Shown: in pieces, positions 52,366 to 64,000 of the stretch
Position numbering within the stretch: the stretch's first letter is position 1
Layout of the letters: each line of letters opens with the position of its first letter
Origin: Alloascoidea hylecoeti
Taxonomy: Eukaryota
Direction of reading: 5' to 3'
Length of the DNA: 64,000 bases
Assembly: GCA_001600815.1 (NCBI GenBank)
Contig: BCKZ01000020.1
Span: 336,831-400,830, forward strand
The notes under the pieces: generated by a model
Told to the model about the DNA's origin: nothing
What the model saw: the letters and a program-made list of their open reading frames with translations, nothing else
Databases searched by the model: none
Translations under genes and position numbers: made by a program

Positions 52366-53833
52366 TCTTTCAATCGTATCAATAAGTGTACAATAAATTA
52401 CGGGCTATTTTTTTTTTAATAATGGATTTTTAAATTTTGTTTTAACTTGTTATATGTTTTAAGTAGTATTTTATATTTTATTAAATAGGTATATAGTACA
52501 TGGGTATTATTGATTTAGAGCAATGTCGACGTCTGGTATGGATATCCTGTGAAATCGAAGTATATATTATATAATTAATAATGATTGATTTGTAAATTGC
52601 AATTGCAATTATCTATATTTTAATTTATCCTGTATAATCAAATATGTATGATTAAATTGAATTGTTTAAGATATAAAACTCGTAATTGTTGTGTACATAT
52701 TTAATGAATAACTGTATAGTTATAAAGAGGTGATTGGGTAATAAATACTAAAACCTGACAATAAGGCGCTGGGCGTGGATATCGATTACGACTCTTACGA
52801 GTAATTAATAATCGCTATAATGCGCTCAAATTTAAAACTCCTTATATTAGATCTAAATAGATTATATACATAACTATTTTTAGGACCATAAACTTAAGAT
52901 TTTAATGATATACATATTTTAATTTAACCTACAACGTTTGGTGAGCTGGTTAGTTAAGGATGATGATATTGGTGGGTGAAAAAAAAAAGTATAATGGTAA
53001 ATGAATATATAAGTTATATAATTAACCTAGCAAGGGGATTAATCATAAAGGCTATGTCAATGCAGAAGATATTATTGAACGTTATTTAATATCATTGTTG
53101 CAATAATTGTATTAACTAGTGGAAAAAAATTAAACAAAGAATACATTTTCTATTTGCAATTGCAATTGCAATTGATAAGTATATGATATGCACTTTGTAA
53201 TTGTGTACCGGTTAATAATTCATCTGCAAAGGCAAACAGCAGGGCTGTATAATATCCATATAACCCTTCTCACGAACAGTTACACTTTTCCAGAATCAAT
53301 ATTAATGTGTATGACATGTAGGTAAAAATACGGGAATACATACGTGATTCATCTCTCTTTTGTTTAAGCATCTTTCTCTTCTTCCCCGATTAAATTAGCA
53401 TGCATACTGACACATGGGATCGGGAATAAATATAAAGACAATCGAATATTTAAATCTGGTATTGTTGTAACTGGCTAAGATTATGTTTATGAGTCTTTTA
53501 TGACTCAGTTATATAAAATTATATATCTTTCTTCAATTTTTTACATGCTTTAGTTTTTATTAACGAATATAAATTATCCAATATTAATATATATATTCAT
53601 CATTAATATTAATGAAAGCATGCATGTATGTATGAAAAAAAAATAGGCCAGAATGTTCGTAAACCTTATTTTACACAGACTAAATATGTATGCGCGTAAA
53701 ATATATATTTAAAATCTTTTAAGGTCGATATCAGGAGCATCAATAATATTAGCACTATAGTATTATAGCAGCATATATGCAGTTGGATAGCAAAAGTTTC
53801 ATTTTAACCCCCATAGGGTCATACCCTTCTTTC

Positions 53834-54774
53834 CATTTTTCACACCAAAAGTTATAACTCTACAATACGTGTTGCGTAGTACATGTACCACTAGTTTAGA
53901 AAATTATCTTCAAATTTTCCTGTGCACTTTAACTTTTTAAAACACTCAATTCTGGCCCAAAATCGTTAATTGTAAAACCAAAGAAAGCTCAAAAACCGAG
54001 AAAGGCTCAAAATAATCTACATGCCCCTCTACAATTATATCCATCTATTGAATTGAACTTGCCACATAGACATCATAATTTTTCAATAATACCTTTGGGA
54101 TTTGAGATCTATTTGGGGTAGACTTGGGTCTATGCTGTAGAGAGAGACTTTCTAGTTTGCTCCAAAAGTTGATCTTTTTTTTTTTTTTTTTTTTTTTTGG
54201 CTTCCCCGTAGTTTTATAAAGACTGTATCAATTTGTTCCATGATTCTTTTTCACACCTTCTGAGTTTAGATCCAGACTATAAATTATACAGGCCACTCCA
54301 TCACTTCAATCCCTTCAAACCAGGAAATCTTAAGAGTAGTTTTCTGAATAGGAGGGTTATCTTGCTTGAATATTATGTTGTGTCTGAAAATCTCGCAAAA
54401 ATTTTAGGTAATGAGAGCCACTACTGGATAAGGGACTGTTTATTGATTGTCGACCTGGGTGTTTTTATTGGCTTTCTTCCACTAGTGTCAGTGTTAGGAA
54501 TAGGGAGGTTTGGCGACTAAATAACATAGCCACTGGGGATGGGAGGGCTGGATTTTCAAAAATATCTTGATTTGGAGAGTCCAGAATCGTTTTTCATATA
54601 AAGACCTTATAATTATACAATATTGTGCATTCTTTTCTTTTCTGTATCAGTGAAAGGCAGCTGGGACATGGGTGGAGGTGCTCATCAGGTATCTTTTTTA
54701 TGGTTAAAGTTAAACTTATATAATTGAGTTAATGCGTATTTTAGAGTTGTAACTGTTTGGGAGTGGAAAAACTG
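53834..54774 (-). mobile_element. Internally deleted Tc1-family DNA transposon with degenerate ~40-bp TIRs
   Basis: Minus-strand pieces SGRKPIKTPR, IFKQDNPPIQKTTLKISWFEGIEVMEWP and YSLDLN. TIR at 53834-53872 (CATTTTTCACACCAAAAGTTATAACTCTACAATACG) matches the reverse complement of ~54733-54774 (CAGTTTTTCCACTCCCAAACAGTTACAACTCTAAAATACG). Confidence 0.8.
54175..54198. repeat. T24 homopolymer inside the Tc1 relic
   Basis: Read directly from the sequence. Confidence 0.95.
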
Positions 54775-55515
54775 TTCGCGGATGCTGAGACTTTATTTCT
54801 GCCTGAAGTTCTGAACCAACTTCGACAAAGTAGTAATTAATAAGTACATGTACAACAAACAAATGTGATATGTGTGAAAGTAAAATAGCCCAAGTTATGT
54901 AACACCCACCATTACAGAAGAAATCCACCTAACACCACAACACATGTCAGAGAACGATTCAGAGAAATTTATGTGGTTGTGTGACGCACGATAAAGATAA
55001 ACAAGTTTTTAATATTGTGACCCACATTTGACGGAGGAATCAATATATGGAGACTGTCCCCGAAGAAGACATGTTCAAAGATCCAAATGATTTTTTAAAA
55101 GGAAATTAGACAGACAAGGAAAGATCGAGAACGAAGAACCTAATAAGAAAACAAGAACATTAATTATTAATAGATTATATTTTATCCTACGGAATATGTA
55201 TATGTATTTTTACACTCGTAATTGATCACTTATTTGATAGTTCGTAAACTTTACAAATTTTTGATGGGATTTTGAAGCCTAGGAATGAATTATCATGAGA
55301 ATACACCACTAGTAATTCATATTCATTCCACTTAATTTAGACCACCATATGGCTTAATTATTTATTGTCGAATATTTAGTTAACAAATTGCCGATTATTT
55401 AGTTCAAAAGGTTTTTGTATGTTTAGTTCACCATTTGGAATAACTGTAATCAACATATTCGTAATCTATTATAACTATATATAAGTACTATAAAATTAAT
55501 AATTGCACTGGACCA

Positions 55516-57153
55516 TCATCTATCTTTATAAACTGGTGGGTTAATGTCATCCTCATATTTTGGTAAATCATCTTGTGATGCTCTTCTAACTCCTGGTTCA
55601 GGAGCCCTTTCATGACCCGCTTCAAGATCAACATTAAAGGCATCGTTATTTTCATTATTATGCGCGGGATCAAGAGTCGGATTAACTTCAGGTCTTTCTA
55701 ATTCCACAGCGTCTTGTGGAATAGGTCTTTCAACTGGTCTATCTTCTCCAATTAATTCAAAAGCTCTGTTAACATCAATTCCATTTGCTGGTGGATTAAT
55801 ATTAACCATTTGAGCTTGATGAACTCCCTGATCTTGTTGAACTTGCCGATTATGATGAAATATCCAATTATAAAGTCGTCTTGATAAATTAAAAAGAACT
55901 TGAAAAAGCCATTTCACAAATAAATAAAGCAAAATTATGAAATAAACTTCAAATGCTAGTAAAGGAAGCACAATTGCGCATATCAATCCTGCTCGATTCT
56001 TACCAGCTGGCTTCAGAGAAAATTTATTCCATTTGTCTTTTAACAACTCAAAATTGTCATATATTTTCTGGCTACTTACAACCTGTGCGAAACTAAACGA
56101 GTATGAGGTATAGTCAAAAACTAAATAATACCAATGAGCAGCATACAGTCCAATAATTATCTCATTTAATCCAACATTTTCAAACTCTGATGTTGAACCA
56201 ATTGGAAGTCCACAAGTCTCATTATAGTATGGATTGACGTAGAATGTATTGAGAGGAATTTTCATTTGTTTTATTTTCTTTTTGGATGGAAATACTAAAT
56301 ATAGATCACCTGGAATTGATTGGGCGAGTTCGCAATCAACAATATATTCGCCATTCTCATCTGGTCCATTCAAATCATAAAGAGAAACTATATTTTTCAA
56401 GAAATCATCTGGGAAATAAAAATAATTTGTATCTCTAAAACTTGCATTTGCTGTTACATTATAAACAAATCCATTACTTTGAAGGCTTGCATTCTCTAAT
56501 GGTGTCACTGAATGATTTGTAGAATTATTTTGAGTAAGATAAACAGCTGAAAATTGTTTTATTTTTTGCTTCTTTAATAGACTTTTATAAAAACCTCCAA
56601 AGGTAATTATCCCTGTGAAATTATCTTGACCTAGCCACATAGCAACACTATTCACCTTAGATAATCCTTTTATATATAAACTTTCTGAAAATGGTATTTC
56701 TAAATCTGTATCATTTGATGGTCTTGCAATAGATAAAATTGACTTTGAGATATTCCCTGATGACTCTACATTGAAACTGTTTAACCAATTTAATTCACCT
56801 GCCGTTATATTATCCCAAACTATGTGATATATTCCAGCTTCATTACCTATTGTTTTATTTTGAACACCATAATTAAATAGTTCAGAACCTGAAGTTGATA
56901 TATTTGGATTGTAACTTGTACAGTATAAATCTGTTGAATCATTTTCAGATTCACAATTTTCAGAATTTCCAAGAAAATAACTAGATTGAGATTCGAAGGT
57001 AAGAGATGTGTATATTGTTTGTGTTGGAAATCCAATATCTAAGGGGAATATCACAGGATCTACCTTTCTGTGTGTTAACCCAAAAGTAGAGGGAGTTAAA
57101 TGCAGTAAAAGTATAAGTTTAGAAAGAAGCTGTATACTCGAGTTCATTACCAT
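55516..57153 (-). CDS. Pepsin/yapsin-fold type I membrane protein lacking both catalytic Asp motifs, with cytosolic PY motifs
   Basis: Signal peptide; LDIGFPTQ, GIITFGG, GEYIVDC and IIIGLYAAHWYYLVFDY..SFSFAQV (A1 peptidase scaffold); no DTG/DSG; TM helix; tail LPKY..PPVY. Confidence 0.75.
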   Translation of the reverse strand: MVMNSSIQLLSKLILLLHLTPSTFGLTHRKVDPVIFPLDIGFPTQTIYTSLTFESQSSYFLGNSENCESENDSTDLYCTSYNPNISTSGSELFNYGVQNKTIGNEAGIYHIVWDNITAGELNWLNSFNVESSGNISKSILSIARPSNDTDLEIPFSESLYIKGLSKVNSVAMWLGQDNFTGIITFGGFYKSLLKKQKIKQFSAVYLTQNNSTNHSVTPLENASLQSNGFVYNVTANASFRDTNYFYFPDDFLKNIVSLYDLNGPDENGEYIVDCELAQSIPGDLYLVFPSKKKIKQMKIPLNTFYVNPYYNETCGLPIGSTSEFENVGLNEIIIGLYAAHWYYLVFDYTSYSFSFAQVVSSQKIYDNFELLKDKWNKFSLKPAGKNRAGLICAIVLPLLAFEVYFIILLYLFVKWLFQVLFNLSRRLYNWIFHHNRQVQQDQGVHQAQMVNINPPANGIDVNRAFELIGEDRPVERPIPQDAVELERPEVNPTLDPAHNNENNDAFNVDLEAGHERAPEPGVRRASQDDLPKYEDDINPPVYKDR

Positions 57154-58047
57154 AAATGTGTTAAATTGATATTATTAGAAATATGTAGCAATGAAGACGA
57201 TATTTATTTCAATTGAAGTTACAGGTTTTAAAGATGAAGATATAATTAGTGATTTTATGTCGCTTTTATGGTTTCTAAGAATAGTTCATTGTATCATATA
57301 GTAGTGTTTATAGGTACGCAATCATATTTTCTTTCTCGTATAAAAATCTTGCATGATTAGCGTGCTTAAGAACTGCCTACCCGGTTTTAGGTCACCTGCG
57401 TTAGATTAATACGATAACAAGCTTTATTGGCATTTTGAGTCACCTTTTTCTAGAAAATAAGTAATAGTTGATAAGAAATTAGACAATATAAACCTGTCAT
57501 AATTCGTGTAAGATTTCGAACTGCCTTCTTTTGAGTGCTCCACGTCATTAAAAAATTAGTATTGATTTCTAAGTTTGCAATTGGCGGAGCACGGACTCCA
57601 GGAAGTATCATAATAATAGTAAGATGCACAACGATGCTCCGAAATTATTAACGGTGATCCAATCGCAAACACAAGCATATACAAATGTATTCTTTTAATT
57701 ACACAATCACTTAATATTTATTTACACGAATTTGCAATTGTATTGTTTCCACTTAATTTTGGCCACGCAATGGACTAAAAACTCGGCAACTTTTTGATCT
57801 ACATGTTCGGTTTTGTAGGTTCTGTACCATGTGGATTCTGTTCTGAGTCTTCCGATACACGTGTGTGGCACGACCTTAAAAACGGCCGAAGTAGACAGTG
57901 ATATATGACAGCTGCAGGGAAACTAAGACAATAGGCCCTGGGTAAGGGTTCAAGCTCTGTTATGAATTTCATCACAACAATTTTAAACACAAAACGGTTA
58001 CATTCTATTATATGATTTTGTAATTCATCCAATAGATTAAAAACAAA

Positions 58048-59897
58048 TTAAAAAATCTCATTGAAAATGGTTTAGGTTATAAATTATTTTTTGAATATAA
58101 TAGAATTGCTAACAAGACTATGAGAAAATGTACAAAACCCTGCGAATTTCAGATTTTTCGTACCATTGAAGTGTTTGTTAAATGATTATAATCTTAAAGG
58201 TAATGTTTCTCAGACCTCATTATCTTTAGTGTCAAACCAAGAAAATTATAGAGGATTTAAAATTTGGACTTGTAAATTCATAACTTTAGATTGTGGAGAT
58301 TTTATTCTAAGATATAATAATGCCACATTGGAAACAATTATATCTGACATTAAATTACAATTCTCTACCAATTTTTATATATTTAAAAAAATTCACAAAA
58401 TAAATGAAAAAATCGGACGGGGTCAAGAATATGAGTTCAATGATGGGTTCCAGACGGAAACAGACTGGCATTTGTTCAACGTCAAATCAGAAGCGGACCA
58501 TATAATAATAACACATCCAAAAGCAGTTTCAATTATCAAAGTTGCATTAATCAATGACACCCATGACCGATTCCAAATGGAGAATAAAGAGGATCAACTC
58601 AAAAGTCCAATTAAGATTAGTTAAATAGGAGCTGAACACTCTAATAAATTCAAATCAGTGGAATATCGAAAATTTATCGCCAAAGTTTCAATAATTGATT
58701 CTATATTAGATTCAGATACTCAAATAATAACGTTATAACACTCCAATATGAAGTTTGAACAAGTCGGTTTTAAATTTGTGAGGATACTTAATGAAGAATA
58801 CATGGGAACCATGGTTAAGTATACATATTACATGCCCGCAAAACCTTATAGATTAACTTCATTACACGAAAAATGGAATCTGGATCCTGTCTTTAGAAGG
58901 AGATCGGTGGTAATCGAAAGACTCGGACCTATAGATCCATTTAGATTGTGGGGGGCGCTTTAAAGTGACAATAATATCTAAGAAATCGGAATATGCATTG
59001 GCGTATGGGAATAAACATGATCTTACATTTAACCACATCTCTATGTGACTTAACGTTCTCTCTATATAACCTGGCCATTTACTCATCTGGCTCCGGTTCG
59101 TAACTATAGATATAGAAGAGTTGTCTTGAAACTAAATACCCAAACACTAAAGGGATCAACTCCAGTGGAGATTCCCATGCTATATGTGTATGACTCCCTT
59201 CCCCTTGATTATAATAATTATAATAAAGGATCGAAAAGCTTTTTAAATTCTATACCTCTGAACAGGGATCCATATACATCAAAATCTCCCAAAATGCCAT
59301 TTATCAAGGATACACTTTCTATGTATGATAAGTTTAAATTTCTAGAAAAAATTATTACATATATAATGGAAAGCTTTTTGAATTGTCCGACGATAATTAT
59401 ACTTTTCTCAAAACAATGAGTATTTAGGATTTATATTCATCTGTACCCATGTTATTTTATTTTTACTCAATATCTCTAGGCTTTATCTATCAAATATACT
59501 CTTTCAGCATTAAAGAGGATACAATTATATTTGAGACAACTCTTCTAGGTACGTAACTTTAATGAATATAAAATCTATAAAATGAATACTGGTGAATTGT
59601 TAGAAAAGTTCAAGTTGAAACGAGTTATAGATATAGATGGATATGATTTTGAAAATTATACCAATGTGAAAGATATACATGTCTACAAATATATGTTTTA
59701 TGAAGGAATGCCAAAAGAGATACAAAATTTAAATTCACTTGACGCCCCCATGTTAACATTTCAGAATGAAGAGGAGCGAAATCTGACTCACAGAATCTTT
59801 GAAAGTCTTTGACTTTGGGCATGATGCTATAGAAAAGATCTTGGAATCAAAATAGAATCGGGAATCTAAGTGAAAATATTTACAACTAGGAAATATA
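58048..59897 (+). pseudogene. F-box family pseudogene, copy C (F-box end missing)
   Basis: Collinear with 4473-5670 (shared GTCGGTTTTAAATTTGTGAGGATAC and AAGAAATCGGAATATGCATTGGC) and with 3325-3790. Broken into several short ORFs. Confidence 0.8.
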
Positions 59898-60361
59898 GTC
59901 TAAAGTTGGATCTGAAATGTAGATGGTGCATATGCATAGTACACTGGATACCTGGATGGAAAAGTGTTCCCCACAATAATTATGCAGGTGTGCAGGAATC
60001 CATATGTGGTAATCGCTTTTCTTTCTTTACTTCGAAATTTCGAATATTCTTTATTATCATTTCGCTATATTTTAGTCGCTATGGGAAATTTTATTCAGTG
60101 ACATTGAGAATTTTCTTTGTTGTTTTTCAAGTATATAAAAACTGGATATTACCTTAAATAACTATACAATCAACCGACTGATAGTCTGATACCTTTGGCG
60201 CTTAGAAAATTATAACTTTTTTATAATCAAATTATGACTCATATGCTGGTAATACGGATATAGCTAAGTGGCTTCGACATTACACAAATTTAAACACCTT
60301 ATAACATAAGAGCTTATAAGGAAATAGATAGCAGAATTATTTTAAAATACTTTTAATATAA

Positions 60362-63166
60362 TCATTGAGCTGAAAGTGGGTAGTATAACAATCTGTTTTT
60401 CTTGTAATACTCTGCGATTGATTTTTCAATAGTTTTTGTGACTACTTCATTCGTTAACTCACTGTTTAATCCAATAAGAAGAGTCAATAATTCATCTGTT
60501 CGTTGTGCTACTCCTCCACTAAGATTACAGATATAATGTGCATCTGCAAATGTTTGAAGGGCATTTTGGGGAAAGAATGAAGGCTTTTCTGGAATGTTTG
60601 AAAATTGTGATGTTATATTATTTGACAATTCTTCAGAATCCGCTTTCTTCTGGTCATCATCATTATCATTGATTCTTGGTGATTCATCTTCCTTGTCTGA
60701 AGTAGGTTCGGTCTTATTGCCTTTACTCTCAGGATCATTATTACCCTCTTTTTTAATCTCTTCAGGCTTATCTTCAGCCTTCAGATTATATTCTTCTTTA
60801 ATATCCTTAGCTTCATCTTTAGCCATCAGTTTATCTTCTTTTATCCGTTTAGTTGATAAGACTTCTTTGATTTGTTTAAACAAAGCATCCATCAATTTAT
60901 TGACTATATTCTTTCTTACAAGTTTGAAAGTCCTAAAACCATAGATATCGGAATTATCTTTAACATCTTCATCCGATTCATTACTGGTCTTTGCAAGATT
61001 GAGGGCAAGATTAGATAATATTAATTGAATATCAAATGATGGATATTTTGGAACCTTTATTAAAGATTCATCATTAATTTTTACATTATCCCATAATTGA
61101 TACTCAAGAGGTTCTGAGAAAACTGTATCGTCAGAAAAACGATTGATGATAAGATTTGAAATGCTTTTGATAGATGACTGCGAAAGTGAATCAGTCATAC
61201 TTGAATATAATAGAGTCATTGTTTGTTGTAATAATTCATTATGCTCTCGATTAATCGAATTCGAATTTGATTTTTCATCTGTTCTGCTTTGTATTTTAAA
61301 TTTAATATAATCTTGAACAACTCGAATTAAAAATACAATATGATCCCAATGATTTATAGAATTATTTTGATTATTGTTGATATCCACATTTGTAATAATT
61401 CCATTAATATATTCTAAGAATTTATATTCTGCATGTAAAATTGAATCATTTAATCCATTTTTCAATGATTCATATTGTGATTGTAATGATTGAATTTCAC
61501 TATTAACCCATTTTTCAGATTCATCATAATCATAATCTAAATCAATTTCATTATCATCAAATTCAATACTAATTTGATAATTTATATTATATAAATCTAA
61601 GTAAAGAGAATGTGATGAATTAAATTTAATAATTTTTATTGTTGTTGATGATGATGATGATAAATCATTACCTTTATTGCTATCATCAAATTCAGATTTT
61701 AAATAATTATCTGTGATTATAAATTTTAATTTTGTCATTTTGAATAGATTTTCTTTATCAATTTTTAGTTGATCTAGCCATTCTTGATATGAATCATTAA
61801 TTATTGATGAAGATCCGACATTTTCATAAATTATATCAGATAATAATAAACCAAAGTTCATTTTATTCAATTTAGGCTTTGAAATATAGTTATCAATATA
61901 ATTATTTTCAATTATATTATTATATACTTTTGAAATTAATGTTTCTGTATCAGATAATTTTAAAATATGTAATTGGAGTAAATTTTCAAATTGTTTACAC
62001 CAAATATTATTAGATTGTGTAAGAAATGAATCTGATGATAAAGATGAAGATATTGATAATGATCTTAAAATAGGTAAGTTTGTAAAAAGTTTTAATAAAT
62101 GACTTATAAAAATAATTAATTCTTCAATTGATTCAATTTTTTTAATAATTGTTTCAAAATATTTAAATAAAATTATTGAAAATTGTGTTTTTAAATTTAG
62201 TAATTCTAAATCTAATGATGTTTTGAAAAAAGGTTTTGAAATTATTGATGAATCAACAATATTTGAAATTTTTAATCCATTTTTAGGATTTATATCTTCT
62301 AAAATATAAATACTTTTAAAATCAATTTCAGGTAATTCACTATAATCTTTTTCAATAAATAAATTAGATCCAAGCTCTTTTATTAAGAATTGTTGTAAAT
62401 TACCAGAGAATATTGTTGGAATGATTTTACTTATTGTTAAATGGGTATAAATAAGCGTATTTATTATACTTTTATAATCAGCTGTCGGCGATTTCAAAAT
62501 CGTTTCTGAATAAGATAAACGTAAATTTGAAAAATGTTTTAAAATTTCAGAAGTTGATGAATTTGTTAATAGTGAATAAGCTGTAAATAAATTAATTGCA
62601 TGATTATCATTTGAAGCAAGTGTAGTTAACAATTTATTAATTCTATTCATTAATTTTCCTTCAATAGCGTTCAATTGTTGAAATAATTGTGAAAACTTCA
62701 CATTCGATTCATAATTTTTAAAAACAGTTTTGGTAAAGATAATTAGTTTAACAATACATAATATATTGATTTCATTATCAGATAATGTTAATTGTCTCTG
62801 AAATGATCCTAATATTGATATAAAATTTGATATTTGAAAAGAATCTGAAATTTTATATTTATATTGTTTTGCTAAATCTTCATTGAATTTCAAAGGTTTA
62901 TTCATGTCCATGATCCATTTATTGTCTGATAATGCAATGTTTGATAACATTTTATGTTCGTCTCGAATTGAATTATTCATCTCAATAATTGTGTCAGCAG
63001 TTGATAATAAATGTCTATATCTTGAGCCAACTAATGTTCTTAAACTCTGCTTCTTTCTGGCTGTTTGCTTCTCAAGATCCTTTTCGATGTTTCGAAGTTC
63101 TGGTATTGAATACTCTTTAAAGAGTTTATTCCATGTTTGATCTAAATAATCGATATTTTCCGTCAT
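60362..63166 (-). CDS. COG1: COG complex subunit Cog1 (Vps51/Cog1 N-terminal domain)
   Basis: LFKEYSIPELRNIEKDL..KKQSLRTLVGSRYRHLLSTADTIIEM; VPKYPS; C-terminal SIAEYYKKNRLLYYPL. Confidence 0.75.
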   Translation of the reverse strand: MTENIDYLDQTWNKLFKEYSIPELRNIEKDLEKQTARKKQSLRTLVGSRYRHLLSTADTIIEMNNSIRDEHKMLSNIALSDNKWIMDMNKPLKFNEDLAKQYKYKISDSFQISNFISILGSFQRQLTLSDNEINILCIVKLIIFTKTVFKNYESNVKFSQLFQQLNAIEGKLMNRINKLLTTLASNDNHAINLFTAYSLLTNSSTSEILKHFSNLRLSYSETILKSPTADYKSIINTLIYTHLTISKIIPTIFSGNLQQFLIKELGSNLFIEKDYSELPEIDFKSIYILEDINPKNGLKISNIVDSSIISKPFFKTSLDLELLNLKTQFSIILFKYFETIIKKIESIEELIIFISHLLKLFTNLPILRSLSISSSLSSDSFLTQSNNIWCKQFENLLQLHILKLSDTETLISKVYNNIIENNYIDNYISKPKLNKMNFGLLLSDIIYENVGSSSIINDSYQEWLDQLKIDKENLFKMTKLKFIITDNYLKSEFDDSNKGNDLSSSSSTTIKIIKFNSSHSLYLDLYNINYQISIEFDDNEIDLDYDYDESEKWVNSEIQSLQSQYESLKNGLNDSILHAEYKFLEYINGIITNVDINNNQNNSINHWDHIVFLIRVVQDYIKFKIQSRTDEKSNSNSINREHNELLQQTMTLLYSSMTDSLSQSSIKSISNLIINRFSDDTVFSEPLEYQLWDNVKINDESLIKVPKYPSFDIQLILSNLALNLAKTSNESDEDVKDNSDIYGFRTFKLVRKNIVNKLMDALFKQIKEVLSTKRIKEDKLMAKDEAKDIKEEYNLKAEDKPEEIKKEGNNDPESKGNKTEPTSDKEDESPRINDNDDDQKKADSEELSNNITSQFSNIPEKPSFFPQNALQTFADAHYICNLSGGVAQRTDELLTLLIGLNSELTNEVVTKTIEKSIAEYYKKNRLLYYPLSAQ

Positions 63167-63337
63167 TTTGTAGACTCTAAGATTTCTTGTATTGTTTTGG
63201 AATAAAATTGATTAGGTGTTATCCTTTCATTCGAGATGTATGGAGGTTAATATTACGTCAAATTTACCTCATTCAGCATACCAAATATTAGTATTCTACC
63301 TTGCCAAAATATCTCACAATATTTACAATTATATAAC

Positions 63338-64000
63338 CTATTGCATACATAAATCATGAAGTTCATGAGTTTTAAATAATGTTTTTAATTCTTTAAAAGC
63401 CTCAGTATCATTCAATCCAACAGAATTTGTCTCAATGATCACTCTACTGCATGCTAAATAAGCATTTTCATCTCCTGCCCAACCAAGCAATCCATCATGT
63501 CCTTTTAATCTAATCGTATTTGATAAATACTCAATATCTGAAAGAACTTTCTTTTTAATTATCTCTAGTAAATCAACAGGAATTTCAGATTTAAATTTAA
63601 GTAGTACAGAAGCATATTGTTCATCAAGTTTAATTAAATCGCGATAAAGATTTGATTTTTCGACAATGAAAAGAACTTCATTTGGATGTAAAATGGAGTC
63701 AATTAAATTTTTAGTTGATATGGAGGATGACGATGTATCATTTAATATTTCATTTAATATAGCTTTTGAGAAAAAATCATATCCCAAAACTTCTGGTAAT
63801 TTTTTAATCACTAATTTTTCAATTGATATTGAAGTCAATTGCAAATTTGTTTCTGGGTCTATTTTCAATATTGTTAGAGAGAGAAATGAAGCTGCTTTAT
63901 CTCTGATAAATTCATCATCATCACTAAGGAATAGAAATAAATTTAAATGTGCTTTAATAATTATATCTTTTATAATTGGTGTATAATTATTATTATTATT
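63338..64000 (-). CDS. TRM732: 3' end of a gene running off the window; probable THADA/Trm732
   Basis: Frame is open to the window edge. LSDDDEFIRDKAA, LFIVEKSNLYRD and DGLLGW resemble fungal THADA/Trm732 C-termini as recalled from memory. Confidence 0.55.
   Translation of the reverse strand, partial: NNNNNYTPIIKDIIIKAHLNLFLFLSDDDEFIRDKAASFLSLTILKIDPETNLQLTSISIEKLVIKKLPEVLGYDFFSKAILNEILNDTSSSSISTKNLIDSILHPNEVLFIVEKSNLYRDLIKLDEQYASVLLKFKSEIPVDLLEIIKKKVLSDIEYLSNTIRLKGHDGLLGWAGDENAYLACSRVIIETNSVGLNDTEAFKELKTLFKTHELHDLCMQ

Noticed and set aside
54175..54198. Poly(A) tail of a retrocopy
   Set aside because: Lies inside the Tc1 transposase relic, with coding-like sequence continuing beyond it; better explained as an expanded homopolymer.
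57925..57965. tRNA suggested by GGTTCAAG
   Set aside because: No cloverleaf stems or A box around it.
61597..61671. Possible in-frame intron in COG1 (GTAATG..TAG)
   Set aside because: The ORF is open without it and there is no convincing branch site; undecidable without RNA data.

Overview
AT-rich fungal chromosome segment, most consistent with an intron-rich budding yeast (Saccharomycotina) using the standard code: CTG sits at conserved Leu positions of Mre11. About 18 intact protein genes: YPK1, HSL1, RAS, STE14, SIZ1, a Dcr2/Sia1-like protein, gephyrin/CnxE, BBC1, an AidB-like acyl-CoA dehydrogenase, GCN2, MRE11, an F-box/LRR protein, RUP1, RAD55, PPN1, YOX1/YHP1, a pepsin-fold pseudoprotease and COG1, plus the 3' end of a probable TRM732. 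I could place 15 spliceosomal introns by hand. The intergenic DNA holds material the ORF track misses: three decayed copies of one F-box gene family, a 55-aa F-box-only ORF, a Tc1 relic with terminal inverted repeats, a pogo/Fot1 N-terminal relic, and two pogo/Fot1 C-terminal relics arranged as a ~1-kb degenerate palindrome. The most notable observations are a catalytically dead membrane pepsin homologue with Rsp5-type PY motifs, a long hairpin masking AGs between branch point and 3' splice site in the RAS intron, and a 7-nt microexon in RUP1. No tRNA, rRNA or CRISPR array was recognised. All calls come from manual reading; no database searches or folding programs were run.
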